Of a stretch of 64,000 nucleotides of DNA, positions 21,646 through 33,932 are shown one piece after another; the stretch's first letter is position 1, and each line of letters begins with the position of its first letter. This stretch comes from Azolla caroliniana (lineage: Eukaryota; Plantae; Polypodiophyta): assembly GCA_043228905.1 (NCBI GenBank), contig JBHGNT010000018.1, positions 2,790,001-2,854,000 on the forward strand, written 5' to 3'. The translations under genes were made by a program, and so were the position numbers. A model generated the notes under the pieces. The model worked only from the letters and a program-made list of their open reading frames with translations, did no database searches and had not been told where the DNA came from.

Positions 21646-24600
21646 TGTTGGGATTACGGTCCCTTCGGATGGGATAGTCGGATGTCGAACTGAATGCCGA
21701 CAAGCCCGGTTTCGGTTTCGGAACCAGATGATGAAGACCCCGGCTTCGGAGCCGGATGACGAATGTACCCGGAGAGAGATCCGGATGCAGGGACATATCC
21801 GTGAATACGTTTTGCTAAGGGCCCCTGAGGCTATAGCTGTAAATAGCCCCAAAGTCATATATGTATAAATATGACTTAGGGCAAACAGTTTTACTGTTGT
21901 TGATCATTTTTCTGTTTTTCCACTCAAGAGGAGTGAAGAGTGAGCAGCCGTGAGAGAGAGAGAGAGATAGAGCGTGGGAGAGGAAGAGGACGACGCCTCT
22001 GTGTATTTCCGCCGCCTGTGGCGAGGACAGCGAGCTCAAGGTCGTCGCCTTGCAGCTCGCCATTGTATACTTCTCTTTGTATAGTGTTGGTTTGGAGTCT
22101 TGTACTCCCGTGGTTTTTTCCCGTATAGGGTTTTCCACGTTAATCCCTGTGCATTCGTGTGTGTTTCTCTCTGTGGTTCCTATTTTCTGCTGCATTAATT
22201 CGCGCTTACTCGGTTGTGGCCGAGTGGTGAAGGTGAATCGAAGCGTCGATTCCCAACAAACTGGTATCAGAGCGGGTTGCTGCAGAAAATGGAAGGCGGC
22301 GGCAGCGGGCAGCCGGGGATGATGGTGCTGACTGCGCAGAATTACGCCGACTGGAAGATCAAGATGGAGGATCTTCTGATTGTTCGGGACCTGTACGAAC
22401 CGATTGACAGGTCGGAAATACCGAAAGGGGTACTTGAGTCGGAATGGAGGCTTCTGAACCGGAAAGCCGTTGCAACCATTCGGCAATACGTCGACGTGAG
22501 CGTTCTACAACATGTGGCGAACGACACCAACGCATATGAGATGTGGCGGAAGCTGTCGGGCCTCTACGAGAGGAAGAATGCGTTGAACCGGACCTCCCTG
22601 ATGAGGAAGATAGTGAATCTCAAGTACCGGGACGGCGAGAGTATGGTGGAACACGTAAGCACGTTCATGGGATTCGTGAATCAGCTTGCGGCGATCAAGT
22701 TCCCGTTGGAGGATGCAATGCAAGCCATCATCCTGATGTGTACATTGCCGGAAAGCTGGGAGAACTTGGTGGTGACTCTCAGCACCTCCTGCACAGAAGA
22801 TAACTTGTCCTTACAAACGGTAAAGACAAGTATTTTGAACGAAGAAGCGCGTCGGAGAGATAAAGAACCGGCCTCTGACTCGAAGGCGCTGCTTACCGAA
22901 TCGGATCGGGGAAGACAATGGAACCGGAGTCCGCAAAGACGGGAGAAGTCGGGGACCTGGTCGCAGTCAAGAGGAAGGCCCACATGCTTCCACTGTGGGA
23001 AGCCGGGGCACTTCCGAAAGAATTGTCGGCATTACCGAAAAGACAACGGAGCCGACGACACCGATTCGAAGAAGTCACCGGAGAGAAACGGTGCATACCG
23101 GGGAGCCACGGACCGGAGAGGTTCGGATCGGCGAGGGCAGGACCGGAAAGGAACAACGGCACTCGCGGCAAGTGAGGAAGAAATCATGCTCATCACCGAA
23201 GAAAGTGAAGTAAACATTGCCGGCGATGAGACAACCTGGGTGGTCGATTCCGGAGCATTGTTCCACCTAACCCCGGAGAGAAGATACTTCTCATCCTACA
23301 CAGCCGGTGAGCATGGCTGTGTTCGGATGGGAAATGAAGGTACGTGCCGGATTGCCGGCATCGGAGACGTGTGGTTGACAACCTCGACCGGATGCAAAAT
23401 GCTGCTGAAGGATGTCCGACACGTTCCGGAGGTTCGATTGAACTTGATTTCGGCCGGGAGGCTAGACGATGAAGGCTACACAGGTAGCATCCGGAACGGC
23501 GTAATGAAGTTCAGCAAGGGGAGCCTGATAGTGGCTCGGGCCCGGAAAGACAACACACTATACCTGATGAATGCCCGGTTGTGTCCGGAAGAGTTGAACG
23601 TGGCAGCCGACACTGCCGGTGAGCTGTGGCACAAGAGACTGTGCCACATGAGTGAGAAGGGGATGAAGAGGCTTGCAGAAGACAAGCTTATTCCAGTGAA
23701 GCATGTGCACCTGGAGAAGTGCACCGATTGCCTGGCCGGTAAGCAGAACCGAACCTCCTTCCACTCAAGGCCACCGACGAGACGTAGCGCACCATTGGAG
23801 TTGGTGCACACTGATGTGTGTCAGGTAGAAACGAAGTCACATGGCGGAGCCCAGTACTTCGTAACATTCATTGATGATCACAGCCGGAAGCTGTGGACGG
23901 CACCGTTGAAGACAAAGGACCAAGTGTTGTGCGTCTTCAAAGAACTCCACGCGAGAGTGGAAAGGGAATCCGGTAAGAAGCTGAAAGCGATACGAGCGGA
24001 TAACGGAGGGGAATACCGGGGGCAGTTCCAGGAGTACTGTCGCTCGAAGGGAATCCGACTCGAGTTTACTGTGCCGAAGACGCCGGAACTAAACGGGCTG
24101 GCCGAGAGGATGAACCGGACCATAATGGAGAGGGTCCGGAGTATGCTGGCGCATGAGGAATTACCCAAGGGGTTTTGGGCTGAGGCGATGTCGACGGCTA
24201 CATACGTGATAAACAGATCACCCTCAGTACCTTTGGACGGAGACACGCCGCAGAAAGTGTGGACCGGTAAGGAAGTGTCCTACCGGCATCTGAAGGTGTT
24301 CGGGTGTCTCGCATACGTGCATGTGGCAAAGGACCGGAGAGGAAAGCTAGATCCAAAGACCCGGCCATGCATATTCCTCGGTTACGGCGATGACGAGTTC
24401 GGCTACCGAGTATGGGACCCGGTCGACAAAAAGATATTCCGGAGTCGTGATATCATCTTCATGGAGGACAAGACACTCGCCGACTGGGAGTCAGAGAAGA
24501 AGATGAAGAGCTCCAAGTCGACCGGTGAGGATCAACTCTACGAGGAGCAGTCCCGACCGGCAAGGGACCGGTTAGCACTCGAGGATCCGGCCGAAGACGG

Positions 24601-26988
24601 TGAAGAAACAGAACCGGCCAAAGAAGATGAAAATGATACCGGAACCGGCCCCGATCCCGAAATGGATTCGGATGAAGAAGAAGAATCGGAAGAACCGGTT
24701 ACCGAAGCTCCCGAACGGAGATATCCTCTAAGAGAGAGGAGGGCCCCCCGGAGATTTCTGGATCCAGAGCATGTGCTGCTAACCGACGAGGGGGAGCCGG
24801 AGAGTTTTGAAGAAGCAAAGCACGACACCCAGAGCCGCAGGTGGTTGAGTGCCATGCAGGACGAGATGGATTCCCTGCATGAGAACCACACATATGAACT
24901 TGTGGAGTTGCCGAAAGGAAAGCGGGCACTTCGAAACAAGTGGGTGTTCAAGCTGAAACCGGGAGATGCCGGAAACCCCCCGAGATACAAAGGCAGGATC
25001 GTGGTGAAGGGGTTTCAGCAGAAGAAGGGCGTCGACTTCGACGAGATATTTGCCCCGGTAGTGAAGATGACCTCCATCCGGACGGTGCTGAGCATAGCGG
25101 CAAGCATGGACCTCGAGGTAGAACAGATGGACGTGAAGACGGCATTCCTTCACGGTGACCTCGATGAAGAGATCTACATGCAGCAACCGGAAGGATTCGA
25201 GAAGAAAGGGAAGGAGCACCTGGTATGCCGGTTGAAGAAGAGCCTTTACGGACTGAAGCAGGCTCCCTGGCAATGGTACCGGAAGTTCGACTCCTTCATG
25301 ACCGACGAAGGGTACCTCAAAACGCAGTCCGACCACTGCGTGTTTGTGAAGAAGTTCGAAGGAGGAGACTTTCTAATACTCCTCCTGTACGTGGACGACA
25401 TGTTGATCGTCGGACGGGACCAGGTCAAGATACGGATGCTGAAGAAGGCTCTTCACCGAACCTTCTCAATGAAGGACTTGGGTCCGGCGAGACAAATACT
25501 AGGGATGCACATCATCCGGGACTGGAGCAAGAAGCAGTTGTGGCTGTCATAGGAGAAGTACGTGACAAAGGTGCTTAAACGGTTCAACATGTCGGAAGCA
25601 AGACCGGTCGGATCGACCCTCCCGGCAAACTGCAAGCTGTCCAGCAAGCAAAGTCCCAAGACAAAGGCTGAAAAGGAGGATATGATGAAAGTGCCGTATG
25701 CCTCAGCCGTCGGGAGCTTGATGTACGCCATGGTGTGTATGAGACCGGACATCGGATATGCAGTCGGAGTGGTGATCCGGTACATGAGCAATCCCGGCAA
25801 AGAGCATTGGAACGCGGCCAAGTGGATACTCCGATACCTGAAGGGCACGGCAAACGTGTGCCTCCGATTCGGCTCCGGTAAGCCCGAACTCGACGGCTTC
25901 ACCGATTCGGATATGTCGGCTGATGCAGACACCAGCCGGTCCACATCAGGGTATGTGATGACGTATGCAGGGGGAGCCGTTTCGTGGCAGTCGAGGCTGC
26001 AGAAGACGGTTGCGTTGTCAACCACGGAGGCGGAGTACATGGCGGCTGTTGAAGCCGGCAAGGAAATAATATGGATGAAGGACTTCATTAGAGAGCTCGG
26101 TATCCGGCAGGAGGAGTACCGACTCTACTGCGACAGTCCGAGTGCAATCCACCTTGCGAAGAACGCGGCCTATCACTCCCGGACGAAGCACATCCAGCGA
26201 AGATATCACTGGATCCGGGAAAGGATAGAAGACAAGGAGTTCGTGCTGACAAAGATCCACACGGACGAGAACGGGTCGGATATGCTGACCAAGGTGCTCA
26301 CACCCGACAAGCTGGAAGCATGCCGGAAGAGGATCGGATTGGAGAGACATCCCATGCCGAAGTGAAGGGGGAGTTTGTTGGGATTACGGTCCCTTCGGAT
26401 GGGATAGTCGGATGTCGGACTGAATGCCGACAAGCCCGGTTTCGGTTTTGGAACCAGATGATGAAGACCCCGGCTTTGGAGCCGGATGACGAATGTACCC
26501 GGAGAGAGATCCGGATGCAAGGACATATCCGTGAATACGTTTTGCTAAGGGCCCCTGAGGCTATAGCTGTAAATAGCCCCAAAGTCATATATGTATAAAT
26601 ATGACTTAGGGCAAACAGTTTTACTGTTGTTGATCATTTTTCTGTTTTTCCACTCAAGAGGAGTGAAGAGTGAGCAGCCGTGAGAGAGAGAGAGAGATAG
26701 AGCATGGGAGAGGAAGAGGACGACGCCTCTGTGTATTTCCGCCGCTTGTGACGAGGACAGCGAGCTCAAGGTCGTCGCCTTGCAGCTCGCCATTGTATAC
26801 TTCTCTTTGTATAGTGTTGGTTTGGAGTCTTGTACTCCCGTGGTTTTTTCCCGTATAGGGTTTTCCACGTTAATCCCTGTGCATTCGTGTGTGTTTCTCT
26901 CTGTGGTTCCTATTTTCTGCTGCATTGATTCGCGCTTACTCGGTTGTGGCCGAGTGGTGAAGGTGAATCGAAGCGTCGATTCCCAACA
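21646..26988 (+). mobile_element. Full-length Ty1/copia element D (Tnt1/Tork-like; same family as A)
   Basis: 613-bp LTRs 21646-22258 and 26376-26988 (8 transitions by eye); TSD ATCTA; iMet PBS at 22262; PPT GAAGGGGGAG. Confidence 0.98.
22289..26365 (+). pseudogene. Copia gag-pol polyprotein with a single premature stop (TAG at 25550-25552; CAG in B1 and B2)
   Basis: One continuous frame: gag, CFHCGKPGHFRKNC, DSGA, integrase D,D(35)E, YVDD, RNase H. Confidence 0.95.
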
Positions 26989-26993
26989 ATCTA

Positions 26994-28770
26994 GAATACT
27001 CTGCTCCAGGGTATCTAATGGTTGTTCTGAATTCGGTTGTTGCTACTGTTGTTGTGGTTGTTGTTGTTGTGGTTGTTGTTGCTACGGTGGTTGCGGATCC
27101 TCCGACTGTTGTGCCCGAGAAGACATTTGTTCAGCTCCCGGTACCAGTGGTTGTGGCGGTGATTCCTCCGTTAGCTGCTCCGCCATATTTGACTCCGGTT
27201 GACTCGCCCCGGCCTTGTCGTCGCCCGGTCCTTGCTCCGGTGATGGCTCCTCATTGCTGAGGTTGACGGTCGCCGCCTGCTTTGCTTCTTCTCTCCTTAG
27301 CCTGGTCCGCTCATAACTCTCAAACTGGATTTGAGCATCCAGTCAATCATCATCTAGCTAGGCTACAAGTTGACGGACCACTTCTGCCTGCTCCTCCGCC
27401 AGAGTTACAAAATCTTCGGCTAACTTATCTCTTACGGCAGTGAAGTCCTCCTTCGTTAGCATGTAGCAGTCGTCGCCCTCCTTCTGCCGGTTTTCCACGT
27501 CCGCTCGTAGCAACTGGAGCTCGGCTATGTGCTTTGCCCATTTGTCCCACCATTGCATGGAGCTTTCGCCAATCAAGCATTTGGTCTTGTTCCTCCATGA
27601 ACTGGATCCGCTCCAATCCCATCTTTGATTTGTCCTTCGCGGCTTGTCGTTCGTCCTTCAACTGCTTGATGAGTGCCACTGTATCCACCTCCTACTCCCG
27701 GTAATGTGACAGTTGGGTTTGATAAGTGTTTTGCAAACTTTGCAAGATCATCATCGCTCTTTCCTTCTCTTCATAATGCTGCTTATGCAGCTCCATCCGT
27801 TCTTGCACAGCTTCCTCCAGCAGTGTGGTTCTTTCAGTCCGTTCCTCCACCAGCGCCGTCTCAACTCGATGTACCTCCTGTCGGAGCTCTGCCATCTTCT
27901 CATGTTGTTTCTTATGCTCCGTATCCAAGTGCTTGTAGTCCCGGTGCAGGTGCTCAAAATCATCGGTCTTCTGCTTCAGCTTTTGGTTGAGTTGTCGGCG
28001 GGCACGGTCTTCCCGGTCCTTCTGCTGACGCAGTTATTCTTTCAGCCTTTCGATCTCTATTTCCGCCATCCGTCGCAGCTTCTCCTTTTCTTGCAGCGCC
28101 TTCTCTTTCTCCTCCTTCAGCCGGTCGTAGGCCTGATGTTCTTTCCGCAAATTCTCTTCTACCCGGCGGAGGTTCTTAGCAGTCTTTCGTTGTTCTTCTT
28201 CTGCCGCTTTTTCAAGTCCCGCTCTCGGGTGCGTAATGCTTCCTGTGCGGCCAGTTCAACTCTTAATTCAGCAAGCTCTTTTGCTTGCGCCACCACTATC
28301 TCCGGGACTGGTTCCGTCTCTGGGGTCTTATTGTTATGTACAGGTGTCAATGCTTCTTTATTTTGTACATCTACCGTCACCGGTGCTTGGAGTTGTGGTC
28401 CGGTTAAGGCCATTTTGGCCAATTCTTCTGTGGCCAGGTCCAAGTCTTGTTCTAGGCTCCGGATCCTTGACCGGGCCGTCTCTAGTTCTCCGGTTGTGAC
28501 GAGTAACCGGTCCATCTGCGCTTTCTCTTCCCCCTCGATGTAGTGTACCACTCCGGCAATCTGTTCTCCAATCCACCGGAGCCATTCGTTTCCGGTGCCA
28601 TATTGTTGCGTCTACCCGGAGGGTTGGCTGTTGGTGTCGCTGGCCGGTGGTCGGTTTTGTCCAGTTGCGTCGAGCTGCAACTCTGGCTCTTGTTGGTGAC
28701 CACTTTGTCGTGCATGTTCCTGAATGTCTGGAATGCGAACCACATGGTGCAGAATCTCTCCGAGCAGGTG
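26994..28770 (-). pseudogene. G1 extra 3' ORF, C-terminal part (coiled coil, conserved block, Gln-rich tail; final codons at 21623-21645)
   Basis: WWDKWAKHIAELQLLRADVENRQKEG aligns with the G2 extra ORF; ends ...PLDTLEQSILDILDEG* across the D insertion. Confidence 0.8.
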
Positions 28771-28782
28771 GCACACTAGTCG

Positions 28783-31700
28783 AAAATGACGGAGTTCGGA
28801 TTAACATTAGATGGGCGTGCGGCATTCTGGCCTTCACAGATGGACTTACCAGCCATAACAACCTTCAATCAGCTACAGTCCGCTTTCTTGCGATTCTTCC
28901 ATCGGAGGGTTCCACAACGCGAGATTCTCGGGCAGTTTTATACAATTAAGCAACTACCGAGTTGGATGACGAGGAGGAAAGGTTTTCGATGTCATCCTTA
29001 CGACAAGCGTTACCTTTGGATGAGGAACACCAATTTCGTCAAGCAATCCAGTGCACGATTTGCTTGAACTCGGGACATTCCGCAGTGGAGTGCAATATGC
29101 AAATCCACTGCCCAATCTACCACTCGAAGGTTCACACAGTCGACCAATGCGAGTACAATATGTTAAACAGAGCCACTCCCGCGGTCCGCAGCATGGACAC
29201 AAAGCGTCAACCGCACAGGGTTGAACAAAGGAGGCAAGAAGACTGACCCCGGTATAAGGATCGCAACCCGCGGGAGGACCGGTACAACCGGAATCGCCGG
29301 AATCACAACGATTCCGAGAAGGACGACCCAGAGGACGAGGATTATCGTGGACATCCGAGTTACGCCAAAGGGGGTCGGCGCTACGAACAGCAACGCCCGA
29401 CAAACAAACGGGACGGCTTCAATGGCTATCGGGGTAAGCCTCAGTAATATAGGGATCACCGGCATTACGACGAAAGCTCGGGGGATGAGCGGCACCAGGA
29501 ACAATGACGTGACCAACAGCAACCACTGCATACGTTCCGACAAACGAGGCCGGACCGCGAAGAGCAAGTAGCACCCCGAGAGCGGCACACACCACCTGGG
29601 GCCGAGAAGGGAGAATCAAGCATCCATTGTTTTATTTGTCAGCAACCCAGACATTATGCCATGCAATGCCCAGTACGCAAGGGAAAGGGGCCCACCGTCA
29701 ATACGATTACGGCGGAGGTGCAACAAGTCACGACACACCAGCAAAAAAAAACGGCGGATTGGGTTGCGCAGGACGAGGTACGACGACAAGCCAAAGCGTG
29801 GGTAGAAAAAGCAAACGTGACCAATACGGAATGTATGCAGCAGGAGTCCGCAAACACAATGGAGCGAATAGAGAACGAAAGACCGGGGTCGGGCCCCATT
29901 TGGCAGGTGTTAGCAGGCTATGAAATCACGTTAACCATGGAAAAACTGCTACAGCTAGTTCCACATTTCCGCCAGACCATCGAAGCACAGGTGGCTGGCA
30001 TACCCAGGGTGAGCGTTGCCACAAACCTAACAGACATCAGCGATGGACCACTGGTGGTGGATCAGCACAACCCAGCTATTACAGTAATATTGCACGGACA
30101 GGAAGTTCTTGGATGCGTAATCGACGGCGGCTCAGGCGTCAATGTAATTAGCGCGAAAACTTGCGAACAGTTAGGCATTTCCAAATGGGAGGCGTGTCCA
30201 TTCTAGCTCCGCATGGCAGATACCCGCTCAGTGAGACCATTGGGGTTAATTCGCAAAATAGGCATCATCGTGGGCGGACACCGCTTCGACATATCGGCGG
30301 TCGTCCTCGCTTTGGACGCCCCAGGAGCGTACCTAGTGCTTCTGAGCAGACCATGGCTTCGGACAGCAAATATCAAGCAGAGTTGGCAACACGAGTGTAT
30401 CAATTTCCGGCATGGACACACCAAGGTACACGTACCTACGGAAGGCAGCACGCCACAACCTAAGGGTATAACATCGTTATACGCGGAGGACATAAATATG
30501 TTGGCTGGGGTGGAGGATGCCAAATTGGAGGCGTACCTCAACGAGCACCCTCGGATTATTCCGCTGTTCGAAATAGATGTCATCGCAACTGCGGCAGAAT
30601 ATACCACGGCCACTGTTCCGCACGACGAGCCATACGAACCAAACCCAGAGTCCATATTGGAACTCAGCAGAGCACGGGCGGCATTCGAAAGGGAAATGGA
30701 GATTTCACGACGAGTCACCGCTTCCGCTCTCGAAGAAGTAAATGTGGGTACGGAATCGGGGCCCCGGTTCCTCTCCATCGCAAAGGAATTAAGGCCGAAA
30801 CAGAGAATCACAATGATCACACTACTTACGGAATATAAAGATGTGTTCGCTTGGGCTCACGAGGACATGAAGGGGTTAGATCCCAAGTTCTATCAGCATA
30901 AGATCAATTTAGCAACTGACGTGAAACCCGTCCAGCAGCGCCGCTACCGCATGAACCCCAATCACGCGTCCCGCGTGAAAGAAGAAATTGACAAGCTCCT
31001 GAGGGCGGGGTTCATTCGGCCAGTTAAACAAGCGACATGGCTAAGCCCGATAGTGGTCGTCCCAAAGAAAAACGACAAAATACGAGTATGCGTAGATTAC
31101 CGAAAATTAAACGTCGTAACCATTACAGACGCATTTCCCTTACCCTTCACCGATAGCGTGCTGGACGCCGTCGCAGGCCATGAGATGTACAGTTTCTTAG
31201 ATGGCTTCAGTGGCTATAACCAAGTACGCATGCACCCCGAGGACCAGGACAAGACGGCGTTTGTCACAGACTGGGGAGTATATGTGGCGGTCGTCATGAT
31301 GTTCAAGCTAAAAATAGCACCAGCAACATTTCAACGACCGATTACGGAGATCTTTGGGGAATACATTCCGGCGTTCATGCAAGTCTTTCTAGACGATTTT
31401 GCGGTATATGGGCAAACAAACGACCATTTTATGCACTTATGTTTGTGCCTGGAACGTTGCCGCATTGCACGCTTAAGCCTAAATCCCGTGAAATGTGCCT
31501 TCGGCGTGACCAGCGGGACTCTCCTAGGCCTTATAGTCAACAAAGAGGGAATAGCGGTCGACCCAAACAAGATCTCCACGATTATGCAAGCTAAAACTCT
31601 GACAAACGCCAAATCGCTTAGCCGATTTTTGGAACAAATACAGTGGCATAGTTGGATGATACGGTATTTGGCGGACTTCGCCACGCCGCTACACGCTGTC

Positions 31701-33590
31701 GTACATCGGACTCCTTTTCAATAGACTGCAACAGAGGATAAGGCCTATGAGGCACTTAAGATAATGCTCACACAGGCTCCCGTCGTACAACCTCCAGTTT
31801 GGGCGAAGCCATTCCACGTGTTCATCGACGCCTCGGACATAGCAATAGGAAGCGCGCTAATGCAACTCACCGAACCAAACTGGTACAGGCCAGTATACTA
31901 CGCAAGTCGTAAATTGTCAGCAACAGAGCGTAACTATTCCACAACAGAGCGGGAAGCGCTAGGGATGATCTATAGCATCAATAAATTCCGACACTATTTA
32001 TTAGGACGGAAATTCACGTTCCACGTGGATCATTCAGCATTATTGTATTTGTTGGAGAAACAAGCCCTGACGGGGAAATTGGCGCGGTGGATGCTACTGC
32101 TCCAGTAATTCGAGTTCGTAATTTAGCACCGACCAGGGACGCAACACGTAGTGGCGGATTTTTTGAGCAGATTTGAGAATGGAGAAACAGTACAGAAAGA
32201 CGACGACGATTTTCCAGACGCCGACATCTGGCAAGTAGCGACACTTGCAGAAAAAACGGAATCCACCTTTCCGGACCGATGGCTTATGGAAATGACGTAC
32301 TTTTTAACTACAGGACTGCCTCCACCACAATTACGCACAGACGAGAAGAAACGAATAGCCGTCCGAAGCCGTCACTTTTGCCTCGTCGAAGGCATTTTAT
32401 ATCACAAAGGAAGTGACGGCATTTGGCAACGTGGAGTCCGTCAGGATGAGAAGGAAGTAGTTTTACGGGAGGCACACTACGGCACGGCCAGCGGCCATTA
32501 CGTGGGCGACGTGACAGCCCGGAAAGTATGGCAAGCAGGCTTATGGTGGCCAACAACGCAGAAGGACGCATCCGAGTATTGTAGAAAGTGTGATTTGTGT
32601 CAGCGGATGGGTCAGCCCGCGGAGGACGCAAGGATGCCACACCAGCCAGTATTACCGCTAGACCCCTTCCAAAAGTGGGGATTGTATTTTGTAGGGCCCT
32701 TCACACCAGCAGCGGCCCGTACGGGCAATAAATACATATTGGTAGCCACGGATTACTGCACCAAATGGGTAGAAGCAAAGGCACTACGTGAAAATACGGC
32801 GGCCGTCACAGCCAAATTTCTTTACGAGCACATCTGGTGCCGGTTCGACTGCCCGATAGAGCTCATCAGTGACCAGGGGAGCCACTTCCTCAATACGGTG
32901 GTTCGGGAACTAACACAGCATTACGCGGTAGTCCAGAAGAAGAGCACGCCATATTACCCGCAGGCGAATGGATTAGCAGAATCCACGAACAAAACATTAC
33001 AAACCATTTTGAAGAAAACCGTCAATGAAAATAGAACGGACTGGGATACCAAACTCCAAAGTGCGTTATGGGCGTACAGAACTAGTTACAAAACAAGCAT
33101 ACAGTCAACACCGTTTCGGCTAGCGTTTGGACTAGAGCCGATGATGCCGGTCGAATTTCGGGTACGTACTTTGCGCATTCAGGTACGGAACAGATTATCA
33201 GAAGCCAAGTCAGAGGAGGAACGGCTCTACCAACTCCTCGAACTAGGGGAGAAACGCGTCCACAGCATGGCTGTGTTGGAACTGGAACAGCGACGGCGTA
33301 AAGCGTTTGTAGATCGACATCGGAGCACAAGGGAAAAGGAGTTCGTCGTGGGCCGAGCGGTGCTAGTTTTTCAAACGTGCATGGGCCATATGCCGGGGAA
33401 GTTACGTTTCCGCTGGACCGGCCCATACTGGATAATTGGAGCGGAACAGGGCACATTCCAACTAGGAACGCTGGCTGGAGAAATAGTACGGCAAAAAGTG
33501 AATGGGTTTCGGCTCAAACCATACCTGGGCCCTACGCCACCTAACCCATTCACCGTCGAACGGGACAGAGCTGGAGAACCCGTAGCGTAA
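28783..33590 (+). pseudogene. G2 gag-pol (gag, knuckles, PR IDGGSG, RT FLDD, RNase H, integrase, GPY/F)
   Basis: ORFs 29661-30206, 30213-31724, 31764-32108 and 32151-33590 share one frame, broken by point stops. Confidence 0.92.
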
Positions 33591-33932
33591 AATGGACAGT
33601 CCCATTTGTACTATAATGTAAAAATAGGTTGTAAATAACCGTTACGAAAAATAATAATAATAATAATAATAAGAGAAGATAGCGACTATTAAAATGACTA
33701 AAGGCATGCACAAACTCCTAGTTCAAGAACACGCAACACCACGATGGCTCACCGCCCAATGAACCCTAAGCCACAAAAAGAAGGAAACAGAAGATTTTCT
33801 GCACAAAACAGAAACCCATCTTCTAGCTATCAGCGCTCCCATCGATCCTCCTCCTCACCTTCTTCCCCATCCTATCTCAGAGCTCCAACCCACCACAACC
33901 TCCCGTCTCCTCCCCACGAACCTACTCTGGTG

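Noticed and set aside
22289-26365. Apparent excess of CCGG sites in the retroelements
   Set aside because: Visible by eye but not separable from GC content and codon usage without a k-mer test.
27713-28543. 276-aa Leu-rich plus-strand ORF (possible membrane or env protein)
   Set aside because: Antisense shadow of the Glu/Lys/Gln-rich coiled-coil ORF on the minus strand.
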